Positions 16,658-24,582 of a stretch of 37,663 nucleotides of DNA are shown piece by piece (the stretch's first letter is position 1; every line of letters starts with the position of its first letter). The DNA lies in NCBI GenBank assembly GCA_003162615.1, contig PMNG01000162.1, positions 1 to 37,663 on the forward strand, given 5' to 3'. This stretch comes from Methanothrix sp. (GTDB lineage Archaea > Halobacteriota > Methanosarcinia > Methanotrichales > Methanotrichaceae). Below the pieces are notes generated by a model, which worked only from the letters and a program-made list of their open reading frames with translations, was not told the origin of the DNA and ran no database searches. The position numbers were made by a program, and so were the translations under genes.

Positions 16658-19482
16658 GTTTTATCATCCTGTGGTATCTCGATAGTCACTTCAGTCCCTG
16701 CGTTCACCTTGCTGGCAACGACTATACTACCTCGGTGGGCCTCCACCAGACGTTTGCAGATCGCAAGCCCTAAACCAATGCCTTTAGATTTCGTGGTGAA
16801 TAGAGGTAAAAATAGCTTGGGAATGTTTTCATTAGGTATGCCCGCTCCTTCATCTCTGATAGTCAAGACGACTGATTCTCCTTTACGGATGGCAGTTATC
16901 GTTATTTGACCTCCCTTTGGCATGGACTGGATCGAGTTGTTGACCAGGTTTACGATCACCCGTTTGATTTTTTCTGGATCGACGGTGATCTCTGGTAATC
17001 CGTTTTCTACTTCAGTAGATACTTTAACACCCTCAGGAATTTCTAAAAAATTTATCGCATTGCTGATTAGCTGATGAATGTCTGTTTCTACTAATTCGAG
17101 ATTCAGCGGTCCTGCATAACTCTGGAGATCGGATACTATCTGGTTCATATAGCTACAGCTCTTCTCGATTTCGTCGAGGATCTCGGTAATGCTGAGCTGA
17201 CTCTCTACTAGTGGAGTGTCTGCCGAAATCAACATCTCCTTGGCCAAATATACCATAGATATTACAACCTGAAGCGGGTTTCTAAGGTCATGGCCGACCA
17301 TGGTAGCCATCTCACCTAAGGTTGCCAGGCGGGCAGCTTGCTGGAGTTGTTTCGTACGCTCGTCGACCAGCTCCTTGAGGCTCTCAGAATACCGTTTGAG
17401 CGCCTCTTCATCACGTTTTCTATCGGTGATGTCCCTTGATATACTCAGAGTACTGGTCACTTTGTTCGTTTCAAGAATGGGAACAAGATAAGTTTCGTAC
17501 ACACTCATGATGCCGTGGTTCTCTTTGCCAGTGTGCTCAAACTTGCGTAATTTCCCAGTTTTCTTGCACTCGTCAATCTCCTTTTTAAATATCTCTTTGG
17601 ACTGTGTTGAAAGATATTGGTATACACTGCTCCCGATGACCTCTTTTTTCGTGAAACCCTTCGGATAGTGATTCAGGAACGAGAATCCCCCCTCCAGGTC
17701 GAGCAATGAGATATAATCAGGCAAGACACTTACAAGAGAACGCCATTTCTCTTCGCTCTCACGCAGTGCCTTCTCGATCTGCTTGCGCTCGGTAATGTCA
17801 TCGACTACCGTCAGGATCTGTATTAGCTCTCCATTATTTTCTCTAATAGCCGATAAAGTAATATTGCACCAGATCTGGCGACCGTCCTTCCTCATATAAC
17901 GTTTTTCCATCTGGTACTTGTCAATCTGCCCCGTGATCATCTGCCGAACCGGATCGAGGTTCCTGTCGAGGTCCTCGGAAAAGGTGACATCTTTATAATG
18001 CTTCTGCGGAAGCTCCTCTTTGTCATAACCCAGCATCTCCGATAAAGCCGCATTGCAGTCCTCGATAAAGCCCATCTCATTTGCGATGACAATGCCCATG
18101 CCAGCTCTATCAAAGATTGCTCTGAACCGATCCCTGCTTACTCTTAATTTTTCCTCAGCTCGCTTGCGGTCGGAAATGTCTCTCCATATGGCCAGGATAG
18201 CCTTTTTGCCTTCATAATGATCGACCAAACGAGCATGAACCTCTGCGGGTAGGAGCCTTCCATCTTTCGTCTTTTGAACAGATTCAAAAATATTAGACCC
18301 TTTATTCAAAACTTCCTTAAGTCTACCATTTACCTGACGAGCGTTCTCCCGAGAATCAATGTCTTCAGGAGTCAATTTGAGTAGTTCATCCCTTGAATAC
18401 CCGAGTCGTTTGACGGCTTCATCGTTGACTTCCTGAAAATGACCTTCAAGATCAAGTATCACAACGGCATCTGCCGCGCTATTGAACAGAACTCGGTACT
18501 TCTCTTCGCTCTCCATCAACGCCTTCTCGGTCCGCTTGTGCTCGGTTAGGTCTCTCGCAAAAACGGCAACACCAGTGATTTCCCCGTGCGAATCTCGAAC
18601 CGGGTTATGCGATATCTCGAAGTAACGCCGCGATAGAGCTTTATCTCCGGCGCACGCCTCCAATGTTAACGATTCACCACAAAGCGTCCGGTCGATGTTC
18701 ATCTGGGCGCTAATACGGTTATCGATGTTAGTATGGTAATCAAGAATGCTATGCCCGATCTCGATATCAGCACCAAATAGCGTCTTCATCACCTCAGCGT
18801 GCTGCGAGTTGAAGCTCGTGTAACGATATTTGCGGTCTACCGAGAAGATAGGCCCCTTCGAGCTTTCGATTACTGCTTTCAGCACTGCACTCTGCTGTGC
18901 TAGTTTTTCCTCAGCGTTCTTGCGTTCAGTTATATCGATGACGGCGATCCGGCATTGTCTACCGTTCGGCGAACTATCCTCGGCGGCTGTGCTCTCGATG
19001 CGGGCATAAACTGTAGGCTTACCTTCTTTTAGGAGATTCATTTCACACGTTTTCTTAAAGGAGGTCTCAAACGCCGATTTACAGAAATCATCAAAACGAG
19101 AACGGTCCTTGGGCGCGACGCACAGCTGAAAATGCCTGTTCATCAAGTTGCGCCTCTCAATGCCGAGCAGCGCGGCTCCCGCCTTGTTTACCTCCTGGAT
19201 TATTCCCTGCTGATCGATGGCGAAAAGCCCGATGGGCGCAAAGTCGTAGAGATCGGAGTACTTTGTCAAAGCATCTTCCATCTCTAGCTTGGCGCGCTTC
19301 AGCTCTTCGTTTTGCATCTCCAGTTCAATCTGATGAACCTGCAGTTCGTGAACCAGAGCCATTGCGTCTACGCCATCCGCTGTCTTGGAACCGACCGGAC
19401 CGCTTTGGCTGGCCTTCAAACGCTCCTCTGCATGGCGACGCAGGTTACCGTTCTGGTTCGATTCAGCTTTCTCCTTCTTCAT
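16636..19482 (-). CDS. Multi-PAS sensor histidine kinase
   Basis: N-terminal coiled coil with LVHELQVHQIELEMQNEELK. At least five PAS modules are separated by DITERK/DISDRK...AEEKL linkers. H-box MVGHDLRNPL. HATPase_c N and G boxes (LVNNSIQS, DEGAGI, GIGLGLAI). Confidence 0.9.
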   Translation of the reverse strand: MKKEKAESNQNGNLRRHAEERLKASQSGPVGSKTADGVDAMALVHELQVHQIELEMQNEELKRAKLEMEDALTKYSDLYDFAPIGLFAIDQQGIIQEVNKAGAALLGIERRNLMNRHFQLCVAPKDRSRFDDFCKSAFETSFKKTCEMNLLKEGKPTVYARIESTAAEDSSPNGRQCRIAVIDITERKNAEEKLAQQSAVLKAVIESSKGPIFSVDRKYRYTSFNSQHAEVMKTLFGADIEIGHSILDYHTNIDNRISAQMNIDRTLCGESLTLEACAGDKALSRRYFEISHNPVRDSHGEITGVAVFARDLTEHKRTEKALMESEEKYRVLFNSAADAVVILDLEGHFQEVNDEAVKRLGYSRDELLKLTPEDIDSRENARQVNGRLKEVLNKGSNIFESVQKTKDGRLLPAEVHARLVDHYEGKKAILAIWRDISDRKRAEEKLRVSRDRFRAIFDRAGMGIVIANEMGFIEDCNAALSEMLGYDKEELPQKHYKDVTFSEDLDRNLDPVRQMITGQIDKYQMEKRYMRKDGRQIWCNITLSAIRENNGELIQILTVVDDITERKQIEKALRESEEKWRSLVSVLPDYISLLDLEGGFSFLNHYPKGFTKKEVIGSSVYQYLSTQSKEIFKKEIDECKKTGKLRKFEHTGKENHGIMSVYETYLVPILETNKVTSTLSISRDITDRKRDEEALKRYSESLKELVDERTKQLQQAARLATLGEMATMVGHDLRNPLQVVISMVYLAKEMLISADTPLVESQLSITEILDEIEKSCSYMNQIVSDLQSYAGPLNLELVETDIHQLISNAINFLEIPEGVKVSTEVENGLPEITVDPEKIKRVIVNLVNNSIQSMPKGGQITITAIRKGESVVLTIRDEGAGIPNENIPKLFLPLFTTKSKGIGLGLAICKRLVEAHRGSIVVASKVNAGTEVTIEIPQDDKTWTRNLY

Positions 19483-19529
19483 AATCCTCTTGCGATCTTA
19501 AGGACTGCTAATTGCGATACGCGATGAAC

Positions 19530-19757
19530 TTCTATGGCTAAGGAGATCAGGTGCTTGCAAAGAGCCCTCTCCTAGCTCCGTGATCCTGACTGAGGCTGCG
19601 TCCCGGTTTAATCTCTACAAGGATATCCAGGTCGCTTTCGAGCCGGGCTTTTCCTCTGGCCACGGAACCGATGAACCCGAAGGTTACGGGCACCATGATT
19701 GGTGGCTATGGCCAGAATCTCCTGGCGCTTGGATTTCAGCAACTATTCAATTTTCAT
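19530..19757 (-). pseudogene. MNT-type (minimal nucleotidyltransferase, HEPN-MNT antitoxin-like) gene relic with in-frame stop and frameshifts
   Basis: The minus strand from 19757 reads MKIE*LLKSKRQEILAIATNHGARNLRV. A second frame reads FIGSVARGKARLESDLDILVEIKPGRSL (the GS-x-ARG-x(n)-SDLD-l-l-V nucleotidyltransferase signature). Further frame changes follow. No HEPN partner is present. Confidence 0.5.
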
Positions 19758-19782
19758 GGGCATATCTTGTTGGACTCTGCAG

Positions 19783-19939
19783 TATAATAAAACGCACAGA
19801 AATTTAAAAGTATTCGTTTCCGGCTGGGCAGGATTACATTGATCCAACTATCGAGGACTTGGAGGCGCTGGCGGCGAGGTTTTGTCCGATTATGCGTGTT
19901 GCGTAACAGGATATTTCGACAACCTGGATGAACTGCATC
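19783..19939 (+). repeat. Repeat copy A: 39-nt leader plus degraded copy of the rpiA 3' end
   Basis: 19783-19821 is TATAATAAAACGCACAGAAATTTAAAAGTATTCGTTTCC. The sequence that follows translates as DYIDPTIEDLEALAARFCPI...(stop, frameshift)...[10 protein letters not shown]. Compare the rpiA C-terminus, [30 protein letters not shown]. Confidence 0.75.
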
Positions 19940-20191
19940 GCGTCAGTCTTTAAGAGAAGGCCTTGGGCCTCACTATATCAAAATATTTCAATATTATGGA
20001 TTACCCCTCTTCAAAATCTCTTTTAAATAAAGGTTTAGTTGCCAAAAGAACTTCCCCTCAGTGCAATGATTCTGCTTGCACTCATTGTCACTTCTAGTCA
20101 GGCACTCCGGGCGCACACACGCGCGCGGGTCCGGTGCATCGGTTGGCAGTTTTGGGCTGCAGGCAATTCGCTGCTCGAAGCCTCGAGCTAG

Positions 20192-20200
20192 ATATATAAA
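20192..20200 (+). promoter_or_regulatory. TATA-box-like element upstream of vapB
   Basis: ATATATAAA lies ~30 nt upstream of the ATG at 20230. Confidence 0.3.
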
Positions 20201-20229
20201 CTCGCGATGTAAAAGATCTTGGTGACAGG

Positions 20230-20406
20230 ATGATCGTAAAGGCCAGACACAAAAACAATGTTCTGAAGCCTCTTGACAAGCTGGACCTGAAGAAAGGTGA
20301 AGAGGTGGACATCGAATTAAAGGGAAAAAGCCTCTTCGTTCGCCTGAAAGGATGGAAGATAGACTCTCAATCCCTAAAGGATGAGTTGAGAGAGATCAAT
20401 GGCTAG
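20230..20406 (+). CDS. DUF104-type (AF2212-like) antitoxin, VapB-like
   Basis: 58 aa, below the ORF-track cutoff and translated by hand: MIVKARHKNNVLKPLDKLDLKKGEEVDIELKG.... It carries the N-G-V-L-K-P-L-x-K-V-D-L-K-E-G-E signature of DUF104 antitoxins. It overlaps the PIN ORF by 8 nt. Confidence 0.6.
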   Translation: MIVKARHKNNVLKPLDKLDLKKGEEVDIELKGKSLFVRLKGWKIDSQSLKDELREING

Positions 20407-20776
20407 ATTTTTTGGGATACTTACGCGCTTATCGAGCTTCTCCAGGGAAACCCTAACTACGAGGGCTATTTCTCAGGCAGATCTTGTTACTACCGAATTT
20501 AACGTTCTTGAGCTGACGTATGCTTTGTTTAGGGATTTCGGACGCGATGAGGCTGCAAATGTTATCACCTTTATAAGATTCAAGATCGAGATTGTGCCTA
20601 CAGAGGACTCGGACTACCTGAATGCTTCCGAGTTCATGCCGTCCGCAAATCGGACCGGAAAGAAGCTCTCCCTTGTTGAGGCCCTTGGATATTCATATTC
20701 GAGAAAGCTCGGAATAAAATTTCTAACCGGAGACAAAGAGTTCATCGAGATGGAAAACGTAGAGTACGTTAAGTAG
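20399..20776 (+). pseudogene. PIN-domain (VapC-like) toxin gene with two compensating frameshifts in the N-terminal catalytic segment
   Basis: The annotated frame gives MARFFGILTRLSSFSRETLTTRAIS, which is not PIN-like. It then gives QADLVTTEFNVLELTYALFRDFG...SLVEALGYSYSRKLGIKFLTGDKEF...NVEYVK, which is PIN-like. The PIN N-terminus (F)WDTYALIELLQGNPNYEGYFS is encoded at 20410-20475 in another frame. The frame is entered at a T6 run (20410-20415) and left near 20473-20480. Confidence 0.6.
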
Positions 20777-20797
20777 GGAACCAGAGGAGTTCTCAGT

Positions 20798-21592
20798 ATG
20801 TCGCTTTTCGCTCAACAACTGAATACCAACTCATCGGATCGAGGTACCATAGTTTTTTTGCATGGCGGCGGAATAAGCGGCTGGTCATGGCGTCCGGTGG
20901 CCGAGCTTTTGACAGAATATGAAAGCCTGATTGTTGATTTGCCCGGACAAGGGCAAAGTATTGGAATCGGGCCGTTCACTATGAAACTGGCTGCCAATGA
21001 GGTTTCAAAAATTATCGATGAGCGAACTTCTGGAGGTGCGCATGTCGTCGGGCTATCGCTAGGCGCGCAGGTTATAATCCAATTGATGGCCATGAATCCG
21101 GAAATCATCAAAAGCGCTTTTGTGAGCGGCTGTTCCGTGAGGCCGATTCCGATACTCGGCAATTATTATTTCTTGAGAACATTATTCAGCGCCTACGCGC
21201 CATTCAAGAACATACGCTGGCTGGTCCAGATGAACGCCCGTGCCATGGGAGTGCCAGAAGCATACGAAAACGATTTTGCGAAAGACACTCGTTTGATGGT
21301 TCCGGCGAGCCTTGCCCGCATAGTTGCCATAAGTCAATCTTTCATAATTCCGAAGGAGTTGAAAGGAGTTTCAACACGCACGTTCATTGCCTTTGGTGAA
21401 AAAGAATTGGATTCAGTTAAAAAATCGGCAATCGATCTGACCCAGGCGCTGCCGAATTCAACCGCTTACAAGGTTATCGGTAGAAACCATGCTTGGCCAA
21501 TCCAATATCCGCAACTCTGCGCCGATGCCATTCGCGCATTTTTGAGCGGCGGCGTTATCCCGGAACAATTTGTCAGGTATGACGGCAATTAA
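20798..21592 (+). CDS. Alpha/beta-fold hydrolase
   Basis: IVFLHGGGISGWSW (oxyanion region), nucleophile elbow GLSLGA, C-terminal NHAW (His). 264 aa. Confidence 0.8.
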   Translation: MSLFAQQLNTNSSDRGTIVFLHGGGISGWSWRPVAELLTEYESLIVDLPGQGQSIGIGPFTMKLAANEVSKIIDERTSGGAHVVGLSLGAQVIIQLMAMNPEIIKSAFVSGCSVRPIPILGNYYFLRTLFSAYAPFKNIRWLVQMNARAMGVPEAYENDFAKDTRLMVPASLARIVAISQSFIIPKELKGVSTRTFIAFGEKELDSVKKSAIDLTQALPNSTAYKVIGRNHAWPIQYPQLCADAIRAFLSGGVIPEQFVRYDGN

Positions 21593-21600
21593 ACAATAAC

Positions 21601-21795
21601 TATAATAAAACGCACGGAAATTTAAAAGTATTCGTTTCCAGGATGGGCGGGAATACATTGGTCCGACCATCGATGACTCGGAGACGCTGCGGCAAGGCTT
21701 TGCTCGAATTTCCGGACTGTTGGAGCACGGGATATTCGACAACCTGGACGAGCTGCATCTGGAAAGAGCGGGCGAAGTGGAGATAATCAGGAGGA
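21601..21795 (+). repeat. Repeat copy B: 39-nt leader plus copy of the rpiA 3' end including its stop region
   Basis: 21601-21639 is identical to copy A's leader except for one base. 21714-21763 has 4 mismatches in 50 nt against rpiA 15207-15256 (hand alignment). It translates as ...[49 protein letters not shown]. Confidence 0.8.
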
Positions 21796-21837
21796 AGGGG
21801 TGAAAATGGGGGCCTCTCCCATGAAGGCTCATGTCTC

Positions 21838-22656
21838 TTGTATGATGGAACTGAGAGAAAACTCTTGAATAGTCTAGAAATCGGGTATTGCAGCGTCATT
21901 TTGGACGCATTTGAAGGAAAAATTATGGATGTCACGATCCTTTACCGTATGGTTAAAGCCACCGCGGAATCCGCTTCGAAAGCGCTGGACCCTTGCATTG
22001 GTTCGAGCCATAATTTCTATGATTACGGCGGCTATCCAGTTTATATAGAACGGTATAACATGTACCAGCATCTAACTGTCGAGCTCTTTGGTGGTGAAGC
22101 GCAAGCGCTCTTCCCCCAATTGCTTCCAGGGTCCTGGAAAGATCCATCTGAAGAGAATGGCAGAATGTGGCGCACACATTTGGAGAACGTTGCAGTGCGT
22201 CTTGGCGATCTTGAAGCTTACTTGAGATCGAAACTAGGCGACACAGATCGACGTGTACAATCAGTTGTCGACTTGGTTGAAGCTCATCTCCGTCCATCGA
22301 TCTTCAAAGTTCCGGACAAAGAAAGAGAAATTCAAGATATTCTTGAGACTATATTTCATGTTAGGGATCTTCCATACCTTCGAGAGAAAGTGCATATCAC
22401 GTATTCTTCAAAGACATATGTGCCTGACTTCACGTTTGACTCCTTGAATTTGGCTGTAGAAGTTAAGCTCTGCAATCGAGAAAGTAGGAAAAAAGAGCTC
22501 ATTGATGAAATCAATGCTGATATCATCGCATATCAAACGAAATACGAGAGTCTCATCTTTATCATCTATGATCTTGGATTCATTCGAGATGTGGCTCAGT
22601 TCAGTGCGGACATTGAGAAAAATCCCAACGTCTATTCAATTGTTATCAAGAAATAA
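21838..22656 (+). CDS. Uncharacterised protein with C-terminal PD-(D/E)xK nuclease-like motif set
   Basis: The C-terminal ~100 aa read KEREIQDILETIF...KTYVPDFTFDSLNLAVEVKLC...LIFIIYDLG. This gives E ... PD ... E-x-K in the spacing expected for the restriction-endonuclease-like fold. The N-terminal ~150 aa are helical with no motif I recognise. A likelier start is the ATG at 21925 (MDVTILY), preceded by GAAGGA. Confidence 0.5.
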   Translation: MYDGTERKLLNSLEIGYCSVILDAFEGKIMDVTILYRMVKATAESASKALDPCIGSSHNFYDYGGYPVYIERYNMYQHLTVELFGGEAQALFPQLLPGSWKDPSEENGRMWRTHLENVAVRLGDLEAYLRSKLGDTDRRVQSVVDLVEAHLRPSIFKVPDKEREIQDILETIFHVRDLPYLREKVHITYSSKTYVPDFTFDSLNLAVEVKLCNRESRKKELIDEINADIIAYQTKYESLIFIIYDLGFIRDVAQFSADIEKNPNVYSIVIKK

Positions 22657-22674
22657 AATGTCGATTATAAAGTA

Positions 22675-22866
22675 TCACATCTGGGCCTCTTCTTCGAACC
22701 TTTTGAACTCTTCCCTGGACCCTTCTCCGAAGGCACTGCAGAATTTTGCGATATCAAACCTTTCCACCTTTAGCCTCAGCCTCTCCCCTTCTTTGAAATC
22801 CACCTTTTCTAGAGGTTTGAGAACTCCGCCTTCATAAACGCATTCAATGGACTTAGAAGCACGCAT
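22675..22866 (-). CDS. DUF104-type (AF2212-like) antitoxin, orphan
   Basis: [34 protein letters not shown] is the DUF104 signature. No PIN or other toxin gene lies downstream on this strand. The gene converges on the 21838..22656 ORF. Confidence 0.65.
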   Translation of the reverse strand: MRASKSIECVYEGGVLKPLEKVDFKEGERLRLKVERFDIAKFCSAFGEGSREEFKRFEEEAQM

Positions 22867-23276
22867 TATCCTAGCTCCATCTAAGATTATCTAGTACCCT
22901 TTAATATTCAATCTTGCCGTTAGATTTCAGAATTTGTAGTTAGCATTGCATGACGCAGTAAATGCCGTACGCGATCAGGTACCAAGGGATCAGCATCGGA
23001 ATGGGTGGGTTGCAGACCCTGTGCCAAATGCCAATCAATCCCAATCGCCCCGGCTGCGATCACGATCCAGCCGACGAAGCGATGCAGCGCAATTCGCTGC
23101 CGCCCACTACCAGCCCGACCAAGCCGCCCGACCAAGGGCACATGCCCACGCCTCCCTCATGCATAGAATCTTTGATAACATTGGATTAGCAGCACCAGGG
23201 CCCTCTTCAGCGAGGCGAAGATATTGAGTCGGCAGGAAGCAAAAATAATAATAGCAGCATGTGAAATCAGGCGAAG

Positions 23277-24305
23277 ATGATTTTGACCTTGAGCATGTGC
23301 GAGTCCAGGACCATCTGGTGGGACGACGGCCTGTGGCTGATCGATCAGACCAGGCTTCCAGTTGAGCTCCGGCCGATCAAGATTGAGAGCGTGAAGAATC
23401 TGATCGAAGCCATAACAAGCCTTCGAGTCAGGGGTGCTCCGGCTCTGGGCGCTGCCGGAGCTTACGGTATCGCCCTGGCGGCCCGGCTCTCGTTTACTGA
23501 TAATTCATTCCAGCTTTTGCAAGAGCTGGAGATGGCTGGTGAAATCATCAAGAAGTCCAGGCCAACAGCGGTAAACCTCTCCTGGGGGGTGGACAGAGCT
23601 CTGAGGTCGGTGGTGGTCCAGGATACGGCCGAGGGAATTAGGGAGGCTGCACTTCGCGAAGCAGAGCTCATCGCCGATGAGGACATCGCCATCAACAAGT
23701 CACTGGGCAGGAGAGGAGCACTTCTCCTGGACGACGGAGACAGTGTCCTGACACACTGCAACGCAGGCAGACTGGCCTGCGTGGGCTGGGGAACGGCCCT
23801 AGGGGTCATCCGGTCTGCGGTCGATGCTGGCAAAGAGATTCACGTGTATGCTTGCGAGACCAGGCCCCTGAATCAGGGATCAAGGCTGACTGCCTGGGAG
23901 CTGGTCCATGAGGGCATCGAAGTGACCCTGATCTGCGAAAGCGCCTCGGGAAGCCTCATGAGAAAGGGAAGGATCGATAAGGCAATCGTAGGCGCTGACA
24001 GGATAACAAAAGACGCTGTCTTCAACAAGATAGGAACTTACAATCATGCTGTCCTGGCCAAAGCCCACAAGCTGCCTTTCTATGTCGCGGCCCCTCTGTC
24101 CACCTTCGACCTTGGGCACTGTGAGGCTGATATCACCATTGAAGAAAGAGGATCTGAGGAGCTGTGTTCGGTTGGAGGAGTCCAGCTTGCTCCGACGGGC
24201 GTAGACACATACAACCCTGCCTTTGACGCGACGCCGCTTAATCTTGTAACGGCGCTGATTACTGAGAAGGGCATCTTCAGGCCACCACTGATGCCGTCGG
24301 TGTGA
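23277..24305 (+). CDS. mtnA: S-methyl-5-thioribose-1-phosphate isomerase (aIF-2BI / eIF-2B alpha-beta-delta family)
   Basis: IWWDDGLWLIDQTRLP...SLRVRGAPALGAAGAYGIALA...TAVNL...THCNAG...GTALGV...V.ACETRPLNQGSRLTAWEL...GADRI is the MtnA subgroup pattern. The true start may be the internal ATG giving MCESRT. Confidence 0.85.
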   Translation: MILTLSMCESRTIWWDDGLWLIDQTRLPVELRPIKIESVKNLIEAITSLRVRGAPALGAAGAYGIALAARLSFTDNSFQLLQELEMAGEIIKKSRPTAVNLSWGVDRALRSVVVQDTAEGIREAALREAELIADEDIAINKSLGRRGALLLDDGDSVLTHCNAGRLACVGWGTALGVIRSAVDAGKEIHVYACETRPLNQGSRLTAWELVHEGIEVTLICESASGSLMRKGRIDKAIVGADRITKDAVFNKIGTYNHAVLAKAHKLPFYVAAPLSTFDLGHCEADITIEERGSEELCSVGGVQLAPTGVDTYNPAFDATPLNLVTALITEKGIFRPPLMPSV

Positions 24306-24552
24306 TGGACGATTCTGGTTTCCGATACTGGCGTTCCGATCAATCGATCAAGGAGATAAGGTAGCGCAAGTCTCTGGATTCCAAATTATCAGATTTCGGT
24401 TATCTAGACTTTTTTTATCTAAACCAAATCATCTAGATTCCAATTATCTTAGGTTGTATTGTCTTACAGTCCAGATTCTCTTTTTTCTCGTGAAGAATTC
24501 AAATAGAGATCGACCCATCGATAATTATCTCAGAATCAAACTATTCAAAAAC

Positions 24553-24562
24553 TTTATAAAGA
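24553..24562 (+). promoter_or_regulatory. TATA-box-like element upstream of the TPR gene
   Basis: CTTTATAAAG is centred ~26 nt before the ATG at 24583, which implies a leaderless mRNA. Confidence 0.3.
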
Positions 24563-24582
24563 TATAAGTTAATTCATATTCT

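Noticed and set aside
20404-20406. The TAG stop of vapB is followed in frame by the PIN N-terminus. This could suggest stop-codon read-through or pyrrolysine insertion producing an antitoxin-toxin fusion.
   Set aside because: Even with read-through, a second frameshift near 20473-20480 is still required to reach the rest of the PIN domain. Nothing in the window indicates Pyl decoding. Two indels are the simpler explanation.
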